Positions 27,108 to 36,830 of a stretch of DNA of 64,000 nt are shown here, in pieces (position 1 is the stretch's first letter; each line of letters starts with the position of its first letter). Location of the stretch: assembly GCA_001029675.1 (NCBI GenBank), contig CP011210.1, positions 711,528 to 775,527 of the forward strand, written 5' to 3'. Source of the DNA: Candidatus Beckwithbacteria bacterium GW2011_GWC1_49_16. Its GTDB lineage: Bacteria; Patescibacteriota; Microgenomatia; UBA1400; CG1-02-47-37. The position numbers were made by a program, and so were the translations under genes. The notes beneath the pieces are model-generated. The model saw only the letters and a list, made by a program, of their open reading frames with translations. It was not told where the DNA came from and ran no database searches.

Positions 27108-28008
27108 GCTAAACAAAAAAACCATCAGCTTGAGCCTGGCGTTACTTTTGATGCTGGACGCGGCAGCGGCGGTGGGGCTGGCGGAATACTTTTTACTCAA
27201 AAGGTATTACACCGGCAGGGCTTCGGGCCAGCAGGCGGAACCTCAATTGGAAGAAATTACCCGCCAGGTGCTGCCGGCCGGAGGTTACACCACGAGTATT
27301 TCCTGGGGAGATTTGGGTAAAAAGCTGGTCGAGGCGGGAGCGATTGACGAGAATAAATACCAGCAAACTTTTACCAGCAAGGCCGACGGCCAAGAGGAAT
27401 TGGGCTTGCTTGAGGGCAACTCGGATAAAAAAATTGCCGTCAGCGAGAATAACTCCCGGTTTTTGGTCAATACCCTGTGGGCTTTGGGACTGACTAACAA
27501 ATCCAAGGTTCTTGATGAAGGGCCGATGGCAACCTACGACGTGCCCACGGAAAACTTTGCTTCGACCGCCGGCTGGACTTTGGGTAAAAAACAAGCTATG
27601 GAACTTTATAGTAGCCAGGAGATAATCCCCTTAACCGAGGCTCAACAGGAGCAGGTGAAAAAAATTGCCGAAAATGTTTACCGGCCCTGCTGCGGCAACC
27701 ACACCGCTTTTCCGGACTGCAACCACGGCATGGCGGCTTTGGGCTACATTGAACTGGCGGTGGCCAACGGTCTATCGGAAAAACAAATTTATCAGGATTT
27801 GTTGGCTTTTAACTCTTTCTGGTTCCCGCAAACATATGTGGAGATGGCGGTTTATTTTGAAACGGAAAAAGGAGTCAGCTGGAACAAGGTTGACGCCAAG
27901 TTGGCTTTGTCGAATGAGTATTCCTCGGCCCAAGGGGCGCAAAAAATTCGCCAGGCGGTGCAAAATGTAGAGGGCCTGAAAAGCCAAGGAGGCAGCTGTG
28001 GGGCTTGA
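27094..28008 (+). CDS. membrane-anchored hypothetical protein with CCGNH...C.H Cys/His cluster
   Basis: 304 aa; N-terminal TM; VYRPCCGNHTAFPDCNHGM motif. Confidence 0.4.
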   Translation: MWLTKLNKKTISLSLALLLMLDAAAAVGLAEYFLLKRYYTGRASGQQAEPQLEEITRQVLPAGGYTTSISWGDLGKKLVEAGAIDENKYQQTFTSKADGQEELGLLEGNSDKKIAVSENNSRFLVNTLWALGLTNKSKVLDEGPMATYDVPTENFASTAGWTLGKKQAMELYSSQEIIPLTEAQQEQVKKIAENVYRPCCGNHTAFPDCNHGMAALGYIELAVANGLSEKQIYQDLLAFNSFWFPQTYVEMAVYFETEKGVSWNKVDAKLALSNEYSSAQGAQKIRQAVQNVEGLKSQGGSCGA

Positions 28009-28417
28009 AGCACGAGACGCACACCAGTTGACGTTGGAGCAGGCGGTCAGCGAAATAAAGGACCTTGACTGCGACCAAGTAAGCGAGACACAGTGGGAAG
28101 ATTTGGGCGAGGCCTGGATGGGGCAAATCCATTTTGACCCGGGAGTCCACGAGCGGATGGACCAAATGATGGGCGGCGAGGGTTCGGAATCTTTACGTCA
28201 AGCCCACATGCGCATGGGCCAAAATTATTTGGGCTGCGGGTCAAAAAATTTAGGCATGGCGGGCATGATGAGAACAGGAATGATGGGCTGGGGCGGCGGC
28301 TGGCAACCGTGGTATCAGCCAGCAGGAATTTTGTCTTCAATCACCTGGCTGGCGGTGATAGCGGCGCTAATAGCCATTACCAGATATTTTTGGAAAAAAG
28401 GGGGTGAGAAGAAATGA
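27998..28417 (+). CDS. Met-rich (candidate Cu(I)-binding) membrane-anchored protein
   Basis: 139 aa; MDQMMGGEG, HMRMGQ, MAGMMRTGMMGWGGGW Met-motifs; C-terminal TM. Confidence 0.5.
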   Translation: MGLEARDAHQLTLEQAVSEIKDLDCDQVSETQWEDLGEAWMGQIHFDPGVHERMDQMMGGEGSESLRQAHMRMGQNYLGCGSKNLGMAGMMRTGMMGWGGGWQPWYQPAGILSSITWLAVIAALIAITRYFWKKGGEKK

Positions 28418-28680
28418 AGCTTGACAAGATGGTGCTGGCCAACGCTTTCGGGCTGGCGACCGCCATTTTATGGGTGGTTTGCTCCCTAATGGTGGCCTTG
28501 CTGCCCAATTTTAGCTGGGAAGTGATGCGCTGGTGGATGCACGGCATGGATGTCGATGCCATGGGCGGCTGGAACCTAAACTTATTTAATTTCCTAGCCG
28601 GCGGGTTGACCTTGGTGATTACCGCTTGGGTAACCGGCTATATTTTTGGCTGGTCCTGGGAAAAAGTGAGTAGAAAGTAA
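28414..28680 (+). CDS. small 3-TM membrane protein
   Basis: 88 aa hydrophobic; SD AAGGGGGTGA upstream. Confidence 0.4.
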   Translation: MKLDKMVLANAFGLATAILWVVCSLMVALLPNFSWEVMRWWMHGMDVDAMGGWNLNLFNFLAGGLTLVITAWVTGYIFGWSWEKVSRK

Positions 28681-28687
28681 ATTTGAA

Positions 28688-29497
28688 ATGTTTAACCAAA
28701 TTTCTTTAATCGCCGCTTTTATTGCCGGCATGGTGGCTTTGTTTGCTCCCTGCTGTTTTTCTTATTTGCTGCCAGCCTACTTTGGCAATATTTTTAAGGA
28801 AAAAAAACGAGTGATACTGATGACTCTGATTTACTCTTTGGGAATTTTTGTGGTGATGCTGCCGGTGGTTTTGGGCGCCCGGGTTTTATCCGGTTTGATT
28901 TTTCAAGTTCACGATCAAACCTATATTTTAGGCAGTTTGTTTATGATTTTGGTGGCGATTCTGGCCTTTTTGGGAATTAAACTGCCTATGCCCCAGATTG
29001 CCCAAAGACAGCCGGGACGGCCCGATGTTGTCTCCACTTTTACTTTAGGTTTGTTTTCCGGCATCACTTCAGCCTGCTGTGCGCCTGTGTTATTAGGTGT
29101 GATTACTTTAAGCGCTTTAACGCCGGGGATACTAACCAGCTTGTTAATCGGAGCGGTTTATGTCTTAGGCATGGTTGCGCCGCTATACGTAGCTTCAGCT
29201 TTTATTGAGAGTCAAAAACTTTTGGAGAAACCAATTATGAGACGGCAAATCACCAGTTTGATGTTAGGCGGAAAGACCTACCCGATTTTTGTTTCCAACT
29301 TAATTGCCGGAGTTACTTTTGCTGTTACCGGTCTGTTGCTACTTTATCTGACTTTAACTGGAAAATTGGGCATGCCCGAGCCGGCCAAAATTAGTTTTGA
29401 ACTTAATCAATTTACCCAAAGTCCGCTGACTAACTTAATTTTTGTCATAATTGGCTTATATCTGCTTTATAAATTTGTCAGACGGGGGGTCAAATGA
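28688..29497 (+). CDS. DsbD/CcdA-like transmembrane protein (Cys pairs in TM helices)
   Basis: 269 aa, 6-8 TM; APCCFSYLLP and SACCAPVLLG. Confidence 0.45.
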   Translation: MFNQISLIAAFIAGMVALFAPCCFSYLLPAYFGNIFKEKKRVILMTLIYSLGIFVVMLPVVLGARVLSGLIFQVHDQTYILGSLFMILVAILAFLGIKLPMPQIAQRQPGRPDVVSTFTLGLFSGITSACCAPVLLGVITLSALTPGILTSLLIGAVYVLGMVAPLYVASAFIESQKLLEKPIMRRQITSLMLGGKTYPIFVSNLIAGVTFAVTGLLLLYLTLTGKLGMPEPAKISFELNQFTQSPLTNLIFVIIGLYLLYKFVRRGVK

Positions 29498-31542
29498 CTT
29501 ATACCTGTCCGATGCACCCGGAGGTCAAAGAACCAGAATCCGGCCGCTGTCCTAAGTGCGGCATGGACCTGGTACCGGCCGATGGTGATGATCATGCCCC
29601 GGAGGACCACTCCGGGCATGATCATGCTGACCACGACCACGCCAGCATGATGGCTGATCCTTCGGCGGCCAAAGAATTTTTGACCAGGTTTATTATTGTC
29701 ACGGTACTACTTATTCCTTTGGGGCTACTTAAACTGTTTGGCGGACCAGCCTATCTTGAATTTGCAGTAGCTTCGATTATTTTCTATTTTGGCTTAATCT
29801 TCTTTGAACACGCCCGCCACGAAGTGATGATGCGCCAGTACGGCATGATGACTTTGGTGTCGGTCGCTGTCGGCTCGGGCTATCTTTTTTCTGCCGCCGG
29901 CACGTTTATTCCGGCCATTGGGGTGGAGTTTTACTTGGAAATCTCGACTTTAATCTGGGTGCTACTCTTTGGCCATTTTTTGGAAGCCAAAAGCTCGTCG
30001 GCTGCCGGCAATGCTCTACAAGAAGTGGCTAAACTCTTACCCAAGGAGGCACACTTTTTGACAGGAGACCAAGTGAAAGACGTTAGTTTGAGTGAGCTTA
30101 AAACCGGGGATATGGTTCGGGTTCTGCCGGGAGAAAAAGTGCCCGCCGACGGAGTCATCGTTCGCGGCCAGGCTAACTTTAGCGAGGCTCACATTACCGG
30201 CGAATCCAAGCCTGTGGAAAAAGGTAAAACCAACCGGGTGGTGGCCGGGGCGATCTGCCTGGATGGGTCGGTTGAAGTTAGACTCGATCGCGTGGGTGAA
30301 TCTTCCACCATTGGCCAGATTCAAAAATTAATCGCTACGGCTCAAAACACCAAGCCGTCGGCCCAGCGGCTGGCCGATAAAGCCTCCAGCTGGTTGACAC
30401 TCATTGCCTTGATTGTTGCCTTGCTGGCGGTGGCGATTTGGTGGCTTTTAATCGGCCAGCCGTTTGTTTTTAGCTTGACCTTGGCAATTACGGTTTTGGT
30501 GATCGCCTGCCCCCACGCTTTGGGTTTGGCGATTCCGACCGTAACCACAATTGCCACGAAACTAGCGGTTAATAACGGAGTGTTTATCAAAGACATGGCC
30601 AAACTCGAAGTGGTCAAAAAAGCCGACTATGTGGTTTTTGACAAAACCGGAACTTTGACTCGCGGCGAGTTTGGGGTTACCAAAGTTGAAGCGGTTGATA
30701 AAGACGAAAGAAAGCTTCTGGCCATTGTCGCCGGCCTGGAGGTCCATTCGTCACATGTCATCGGTCAGTCGATTGTGAAGTTTGCTAAACAACAGGGAGT
30801 TAAACCGGCGCGGGTAACCGAATTTAAAAACCTCGCCGGTAAAGGCATAAGAGGCGAGGTTGACGGTCGCACCTACTTTGTTGGCTCGAGCGCCATGATG
30901 AAATCCATGAGCCTAAAACCGAACCCTTTGGCCAGCGTCTTCATCGCTACTCAAACAGAAATTCTCGGCAGTATTACCCTCGCCGATGAAGTTAAGCCCG
31001 AAGCCAAAACCGCGATTGACAAACTTCACCGTTTGGGCGTTAAAGTGGCGATGTTGACCGGAGACAGCCGCAAGATTGCCGAGGTGGTGGGAAAAAAACT
31101 TAATATCGACACTATCTTTGCCGAGGTTATGCCGCGAAACAAATACGAGCATATTAAAAGTTTGCAGGATAAAGGTCGAGTAGTAATTATGGTCGGCGAC
31201 GGGGTTAATGACGCGCCGGCTTTGACTCAAGCCAATGTTGGTATTGCTGTCGGCGCCGGGACTGACGTGGCGGTAGAAGCCGGCGATATAGTCTTAACCC
31301 GCTCCAACCCGGAAGACATCAGCCGTTTAGTGATGCTTTCGCGCCGGGTTTATCGGAAAATGATTGAAAATCTGGTCTGGGCTTTGGGTTACAACACTTT
31401 GGCGATTCCGGCAGCGGCCGGTCTGTTTATGCCTTGGGGAATCCAGCTAAAACCTGAATACGGCGCCATTTTGATGAGCCTGTCGAGTGTGATTGTGGTG
31501 ATTAACGCCATGAGTTTAAGAAAGGCAAAGCTGGCGATATGA
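29494..31542 (+). CDS. P1B-type copper ATPase, CopB-like (CPH motif)
   Basis: 682 aa; DKTGTLT, GDGVNDAP, TM6 CPH (VIACPHALG); N-terminal TCPMHPE...CPKCGM metal-binding module + His-rich stretch (HSGHDHADHDH). Confidence 0.9.
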   Translation: MTYTCPMHPEVKEPESGRCPKCGMDLVPADGDDHAPEDHSGHDHADHDHASMMADPSAAKEFLTRFIIVTVLLIPLGLLKLFGGPAYLEFAVASIIFYFGLIFFEHARHEVMMRQYGMMTLVSVAVGSGYLFSAAGTFIPAIGVEFYLEISTLIWVLLFGHFLEAKSSSAAGNALQEVAKLLPKEAHFLTGDQVKDVSLSELKTGDMVRVLPGEKVPADGVIVRGQANFSEAHITGESKPVEKGKTNRVVAGAICLDGSVEVRLDRVGESSTIGQIQKLIATAQNTKPSAQRLADKASSWLTLIALIVALLAVAIWWLLIGQPFVFSLTLAITVLVIACPHALGLAIPTVTTIATKLAVNNGVFIKDMAKLEVVKKADYVVFDKTGTLTRGEFGVTKVEAVDKDERKLLAIVAGLEVHSSHVIGQSIVKFAKQQGVKPARVTEFKNLAGKGIRGEVDGRTYFVGSSAMMKSMSLKPNPLASVFIATQTEILGSITLADEVKPEAKTAIDKLHRLGVKVAMLTGDSRKIAEVVGKKLNIDTIFAEVMPRNKYEHIKSLQDKGRVVIMVGDGVNDAPALTQANVGIAVGAGTDVAVEAGDIVLTRSNPEDISRLVMLSRRVYRKMIENLVWALGYNTLAIPAAAGLFMPWGIQLKPEYGAILMSLSSVIVVINAMSLRKAKLAI

Positions 31543-31937
31543 TCGTTGCCGGTTTGCTGGCAAGCTTGGGTTTAAGCGCTTTTTACTACTTAGTTTTGTT
31601 TTTGTTAAGTCAAGATCCGTTTTATCCACTACAACAATTTTTGAGCCTTTGGCCCTGGATGAGTCTATTAATCATCGGCTTCGGAGTCCAGTGGTCAATA
31701 TTTGTCAAATTACGCCAGGGGAAAATGATGGTCGGCGGCACGAGTGCTATTTCCGGCACGGCGATGGTAGCTTGCTGTGCCCACCATGTCAGCGACTTGT
31801 TGCCCTTTTTGGGTTTGGCTGGAGCGGCCATCTTTTTAGTTAACTATCAGAAAGAGTTATTAATTGTCGGTATTGTCAGCAACTTAGCCGGCGTGGGTTT
31901 TATGGCCTGGAGACTGTGGCGGCAAAGCCAGATATGA
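31539..31937 (+). CDS. membrane protein with ACCAHH motif
   Basis: 132 aa, 4 TM. Confidence 0.4.
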   Translation: MIVAGLLASLGLSAFYYLVLFLLSQDPFYPLQQFLSLWPWMSLLIIGFGVQWSIFVKLRQGKMMVGGTSAISGTAMVACCAHHVSDLLPFLGLAGAAIFLVNYQKELLIVGIVSNLAGVGFMAWRLWRQSQI

Positions 31938-32353
31938 AGAAAATCTTGGTCATTTTTAGCCTGGCTTTGTTCTTGACTCTGGGGATTTTGGTCTTAAAAG
32001 GCCAGGCGAAAACTGACGCGACCCGGGCTTACGAAACCAAACAACAAACCATGGGCGCCGTGGAGGTGGTAGTGGTGCCGGAGCAGCTTGAGACAAACTC
32101 CCCCGCCGTCTTCAGCTTAAGCTTAAATACTCACTCTGTTGAGCTAAATTATGACTATACTAAAATTGCCAAACTTACTGACGATCGGGGTAGTAACTAC
32201 CAAGCTCTTTCTTGGGAAGGCGGCAGCGGCGGCCATCATCTTGAGGGTAAACTGACTTTTGAGCCTTTAGAAAAGAGGGCTGACTCTATCACCCTGACTT
32301 TATCGGGCATTGACGGTCAAACTAAAGACTTCACTTGGCTAATTCTGCCCTAA
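31916..32353 (+). CDS. secreted hypothetical protein
   Basis: 145 aa, signal peptide. Confidence 0.4.
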   Translation: MAAKPDMKKILVIFSLALFLTLGILVLKGQAKTDATRAYETKQQTMGAVEVVVVPEQLETNSPAVFSLSLNTHSVELNYDYTKIAKLTDDRGSNYQALSWEGGSGGHHLEGKLTFEPLEKRADSITLTLSGIDGQTKDFTWLILP

Positions 32354-32410
32354 AACTTGCTAAAAGTTGCCAAAAAATGATATGGTAAACGGACTTAAAG
32401 GGGGTGATAA

Positions 32411-32794
32411 GTGATGAAAAAACTTGGACTGTTGATTATTGCTTTAATCGTAGTGGCCGGGGTGGTAATTGCGGCAAAGAACAAACCCAGCCAAGAAACA
32501 AGCATAACCGAAGAGGTGATGCCGGCCGGGAGTGAAGCCACAAGCCAAGAGGTTAAATCAGGCAGTTATTTCTTTGACCCCTTTGAGATCACCGCTAAGG
32601 CAGGAACGGTAACTATCACCAACACCGAAAACCAAGGCTTTCATACCTTTGTCATCGACGAGTTAGGCGTCAAAGAAACTTTGGCCGCGGGCACGAGCTT
32701 TAGTTTTGAAGCCGAACCGGGCACTTATGCCTTTTACTGCGACGTCGGCAACCACCGTGAACTAGGTATGGAGGGTGTGTTAACCGTGGAGTGA
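32411..32794 (+). CDS. cupredoxin (plastocyanin/amicyanin-like blue copper protein)
   Basis: 127 aa; signal anchor; ligands H (GFHTF), C-x2-H-x4-M (YCDVGNHRELGM). Confidence 0.75.
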   Translation: MMKKLGLLIIALIVVAGVVIAAKNKPSQETSITEEVMPAGSEATSQEVKSGSYFFDPFEITAKAGTVTITNTENQGFHTFVIDELGVKETLAAGTSFSFEAEPGTYAFYCDVGNHRELGMEGVLTVE

Positions 32795-33652
32795 GGCGGC
32801 GGCGGCTTTGAGTCGTTTGACTTTGTCCGAGCTTAGGCCCAGGTCGGAGAGGCGCTGGTCTGTGGCAGTGGTAATATCTCGACACAAAACCAAGTCGTTT
32901 TGGAGCAGGCTTTGGCGGTCGCGAAGGTCAAGAAAAGTAAAACAGGTCAGGGGGTGAAGGTTATTGGCTTCGATTAGTTGTTCCAGGCTACCCTTTTCCG
33001 GATAACGCCAAGCGAGTAACTTCATGCCCTTGCAGCGGCCGTATTTGACGGCGTTTGAGGTCAGCTTGGTGTTGGTAACCAGCCACGCTTGGTGAAACTT
33101 ATTGACGTGATTTGAGTTTGACTTGTAGCCGGCGACGACGTCCTCGAATCTGGCCTGGGTGTAGAGGGCGTCGCGGGATCTAGATTTGGTACCCGGGCGG
33201 TTGTGATATTTACACTCGATTAAAAAATGCTGGTCGTCTTTCAGGGCGGAAACGTCGATCTCGTGCTCGATACACTGGCCTTGAACCGTGACTTGGGTTT
33301 GGGTGGTAAAACCCAAGTGGTCAAGTAAACGGGCGACAAATTTTTCAAAAGGGTATCCCGAAGGCCCCAGTTTCATGATGGCGTCTTTTAAAGAGTAGCG
33401 GTGGTGAATTCCTTCTTGGAATTGAGCCAGTGAATCAAAGACCTGACGGTAGATGGCGCGGGTGGTAATACCATCGTAGAGCTTGCCGGTAAGAGAAACC
33501 AAGACTTTGTCGATTATCTCCGGCTTGGCGCCGGCGCGCTTGAGTGAACTTCTAACCTTAGCTTCGGAAAAGGGCTCACTAACTCCCGAGGCTTTGGTAA
33601 CAGAAATGGCCATAAAATTATTATAGCCCAAAAAGGCTGTCCTGAAGGTCAA
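32780..33652 (-). CDS. ATP-cone domain fused to Mrr-like restriction-endonuclease domain
   Basis: N-term ISVTKASGVSEPFSEAKVRSSLKRAG (ATP-cone); D...E.K nuclease core (IEHEIDVSAL...FLIECKYH). Confidence 0.55.
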   Translation of the reverse strand: MTFRTAFLGYNNFMAISVTKASGVSEPFSEAKVRSSLKRAGAKPEIIDKVLVSLTGKLYDGITTRAIYRQVFDSLAQFQEGIHHRYSLKDAIMKLGPSGYPFEKFVARLLDHLGFTTQTQVTVQGQCIEHEIDVSALKDDQHFLIECKYHNRPGTKSRSRDALYTQARFEDVVAGYKSNSNHVNKFHQAWLVTNTKLTSNAVKYGRCKGMKLLAWRYPEKGSLEQLIEANNLHPLTCFTFLDLRDRQSLLQNDLVLCRDITTATDQRLSDLGLSSDKVKRLKAAAASLHG

Positions 33653-34355
33653 AAGTAAAATCTAAAATTCCGCTGCGGGTGAAAACCGGCGCCAAGCCGA
33701 AACTGCCCTGGTACTTGATAAAAACATAACCTAAGAAGAAAAACAAAATAGCGGCGGCGAGGTTGACCAGGTGGACCTTCCGACCGAAAAGGGTTACCGC
33801 CCGACCGCGAAGAATTTTTTGAGCCGTGGTGGGTCGCCTCTGCCACAGCCAAGCTAGTAAAAACAAGGGTAAAACCAACCCCAGGCTATAAGCCAGAATT
33901 AAGTTTAGGGCAGCGGCAAGCGAACGGCTGTTGGCGGCCAAGGTAATGATCGCCCCCAAGATCGGGCCGACGCAGGAAGAGGCGCCCAGGCCGGAAAAAG
34001 CCCCGAGCCAAAAAGTGGCCATGAGGTTAGGGTTTTTGGGCAATCGGTGGTTAAAAGAAAAAAGAAACAGCGACCGGCCAAAAAGTTGAAGCAGGCCTTC
34101 GCCAATTAAAATCAGACCGATAACTAGAGTAATCAACTGACGGTAGCTATTAAACAGGGTAAAAAGAAACAAAAAACCCAAGCCTAAGGGCACCATTAAG
34201 CTTAAGACCCCCAAGGAAAAAACTGCCGTGGCCAAGATTAGCCGCCGTCGCTGATGAAAGGCTGTAGCCAAAAAACCGGGCAAAATCAGGGCTGAACAAG
34301 GAGACAAGAGTGAGATGATGCCGCCTAAAAAAGCAGCTAGTAGGCTAATAGTCAT
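33621..34355 (-). CDS. ccdA: cytochrome c-type biogenesis protein CcdA-like (DsbD family TM)
   Basis: 244 aa; SPCSALILPGFL and CVGPILGAI Cys motifs in TM1/TM4. Confidence 0.7.
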   Translation of the reverse strand: MTISLLAAFLGGIISLLSPCSALILPGFLATAFHQRRRLILATAVFSLGVLSLMVPLGLGFLFLFTLFNSYRQLITLVIGLILIGEGLLQLFGRSLFLFSFNHRLPKNPNLMATFWLGAFSGLGASSCVGPILGAIITLAANSRSLAAALNLILAYSLGLVLPLFLLAWLWQRRPTTAQKILRGRAVTLFGRKVHLVNLAAAILFFFLGYVFIKYQGSFGLAPVFTRSGILDFTFDLQDSLFGL

Positions 34356-35094
34356 GACCTAAACTATAGGGGACGTGGCGCTTAAAGTCTACGGCCGTTA
34401 ACCGATCGGTGATTTTTTCCACCAATTTTTGGTCAAAGCCTAACTTTACCACCTCGTCGGGGTCAAGCTTTTTGTCGGCGAGTAAATGTAAAATCGGGTC
34501 GGCGGCTTGGTAGGAAAAGCCCAGCTCTGCCTCATCGGTTTGGCCGGCCCAAAGGCCGGCGGTGGGCGGCTGGTTGATGATCGATCGGGGAATCTTTAAA
34601 CTTGCCGCTAGCTTGATCACTTGGGTTTTGTAGAGGTGCTTTAGGGGCTCTAAATCACTCGCCTCGTCGCCAAAGCGGGTGTAGTAACCAAGCAAGGCTT
34701 CGGAGCGGTTCTCGGTGCCGACGACTAGGGCGGTTGCCTCTTTGGCCTGGTCGTAAACATAAATCATTCTGGTTCGGGCGATGATGTTGCCTAACCTAAC
34801 CTGACTGCCCTCGGCCTTGAGCTTGTTGGCGGCGGCGGCAACGGCAGCAGTAATATCAAACCTGAAAAAGTTTTTTTTCGGCAGCTTGACCCGCTTGACC
34901 ATGGTTTCGGCTTGGGTGATATTTTGGCCGGCGTAGGGCAAAGACAGGGCAATAACTTTTCCGGGACCTAGAGCTTTGACGGTTAAAGCCAGGGCGACGG
35001 CTGAATCGACGCCGCCGGAAACGGCCACCACTGCTCGGCTAAAACCTTGCTCCACTAAGGTAGATTTGATAAAGGCGGTGATTTTTTTAACCAT
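34345..35094 (-). CDS. nadE: NH3-dependent NAD+ synthetase
   Basis: 249 aa; PP-loop SGGVDSAV. Confidence 0.85.
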   Translation of the reverse strand: MVKKITAFIKSTLVEQGFSRAVVAVSGGVDSAVALALTVKALGPGKVIALSLPYAGQNITQAETMVKRVKLPKKNFFRFDITAAVAAAANKLKAEGSQVRLGNIIARTRMIYVYDQAKEATALVVGTENRSEALLGYYTRFGDEASDLEPLKHLYKTQVIKLAASLKIPRSIINQPPTAGLWAGQTDEAELGFSYQAADPILHLLADKKLDPDEVVKLGFDQKLVEKITDRLTAVDFKRHVPYSLGHDY

Positions 35095-35112
35095 GGTCCC
35101 CTATTATAACCT

Positions 35113-35718
35113 TTAGCCTAGCGACTTTTGGAACAGGCCGTTGAAGTCGTGTTCGTCTTCGGAGGCAAAAACCGGGCCGACAAAAGCAAACTGGCGAAAC
35201 CCAAGCCGCTCGATTAACTGGTCGGGGTATAAAAGGTCTTGGTCCAGGCGCAAGGGGTCGGGGTTTGAAGTTTGAGAACTGTTGGGCGAGCCGGGGTAGA
35301 TTGACTCGATATAGAGGTAATCGCGAGCCAGTTTGGTAAGCTGGTCTACGGTCGCTTCGGCTTTGGGCTGGGGAAGATAACAGAGAACGTCGATGCAAGT
35401 GACTACTTCAAAGCTATGGGGCGGGTAAGGTAGGTCAGGGAGTTTGGCGTACTTGAGCCAGGCTTTGGCCGGCGAGTGGCTTAAACAATAAGCCGAGGCT
35501 TCGGTACCAAAAGCGGTAAAGCCCATGCGCCTTAAGGCTAAAGTCAAGCCGCCCATGCCGGCGCCGACATCAAGAAAACGCCACTGGGGCAAAGGGTTGA
35601 TGCGGGCCAGTAAGGCCCGGGCATTCTCCCAACCTTCTTGTCTAAAACGGGTAAGATAGTCGTCGTAGCTACCCGAGGTGTAGTAGCTTTTGTCAAAGGG
35701 GCTACTTCTCATAAACAT
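35113..35718 (-). CDS. class I SAM-dependent methyltransferase
   Basis: motif I FLDVGAGMGGLTLAL. Confidence 0.7.
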   Translation of the reverse strand: MFMRSSPFDKSYYTSGSYDDYLTRFRQEGWENARALLARINPLPQWRFLDVGAGMGGLTLALRRMGFTAFGTEASAYCLSHSPAKAWLKYAKLPDLPYPPHSFEVVTCIDVLCYLPQPKAEATVDQLTKLARDYLYIESIYPGSPNSSQTSNPDPLRLDQDLLYPDQLIERLGFRQFAFVGPVFASEDEHDFNGLFQKSLG

Positions 35719-36745
35719 ATAAAGGCACTTCGGTAAACCACTTGTGCTTCCAGCCGTAGTCGATTTCCAGGAAGTCCATCTTTTTCATGCCCAAGTTAAG
35801 CGCGTCTTCGATTTCGAGTAAATTAAAATAGTTGCCGATGCCGGGGAAACGGGCGACGTCGTAACCGCATTTGACCGGGAAGTAGCAGTTTTGGTAAAGG
35901 GCGATTAAATCGACGCCGGCAATTCTGCCGCCGATTTTGACGCTGACCATCCTGACTTGGTAGCTAACCGACTTTTTGCCCAAGGCGATGACGTGGCGAA
36001 AGGCGGCCACTCGGCGGGGGTCTTCCCAGTCGGTGTCCTCGCCTTTTTGGCGGAAACGCTCTTGGCTTAAAGCCACCAGGTGCTTAAAGTCGCCAAAGCG
36101 GTCAAAAATGATTTGGGGGTTTTGGGCTTCGATAATCCGTTTGTCGCGGCGCAAATTATAGCGGCGTTTCTTTTTTAACCGGGCCAAAAAGTCGTCGAGG
36201 CTGGTAATATCGGTTAAGTCGAGAACGTACTTGGGGTCGTCGGAGGCGAGCTCAAATAGTTGCCCCGGGGCGTTTAAAGCATCGGCGGCGATGGCATTTA
36301 AGTGAAGCGGGCTGGGAGCGGCAGCAAGAAGCAAAGGAATAAAAATGGGGTCTTTGACTAAAAGCTTGCTTTCCTCCTGCCACCAGCTGCCAAACCAAAA
36401 ATATTTTTTCTTTTCTGCCTCGTACCATAAAGGCAAAACCGCCACCGTTTGCTCGTTTGATTTGAGGGTAAGAAAATAAGGCTGGTGGTGGTAACCGCGG
36501 TAAAAAGCCAAACGAAACTCCCAGGTGTCAAATAGGGTTTTTTGAGGCGAAAATTCTTGCCATAAAGCCTGGCAAGTACCAAGGTCGGAGACGACTTCAA
36601 CGGTGAGGTTTTTAAGCGCCCGGGCGTTGCCGTTGGTGCGATAGAAGCGGCTAAACTGGGGAGAAAGTTTCAGTTGATCCAGTAAAAAAGCCCCCGATTG
36701 AGGGCGTATACCCGGAGGTTCAAGATTAGACTTAGCAGGCTCCAT
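35702..36745 (-). CDS. GNAT-fold acyltransferase of FemAB/BioF2/CelD-like family
   Basis: 347 aa; C-terminal half resembles Acetyltransf_6-type fold; assignment approximate. Confidence 0.45.
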   Translation of the reverse strand: MEPAKSNLEPPGIRPQSGAFLLDQLKLSPQFSRFYRTNGNARALKNLTVEVVSDLGTCQALWQEFSPQKTLFDTWEFRLAFYRGYHHQPYFLTLKSNEQTVAVLPLWYEAEKKKYFWFGSWWQEESKLLVKDPIFIPLLLAAAPSPLHLNAIAADALNAPGQLFELASDDPKYVLDLTDITSLDDFLARLKKKRRYNLRRDKRIIEAQNPQIIFDRFGDFKHLVALSQERFRQKGEDTDWEDPRRVAAFRHVIALGKKSVSYQVRMVSVKIGGRIAGVDLIALYQNCYFPVKCGYDVARFPGIGNYFNLLEIEDALNLGMKKMDFLEIDYGWKHKWFTEVPLYVYEK

Positions 36746-36830
36746 TTATTTTAAACGTACTCAAATAATAAATTGTTTTGAACGATTGTCAATGATTAAT
36801 TTTGATCGTGGTAAACTATAATCCTAGCAT

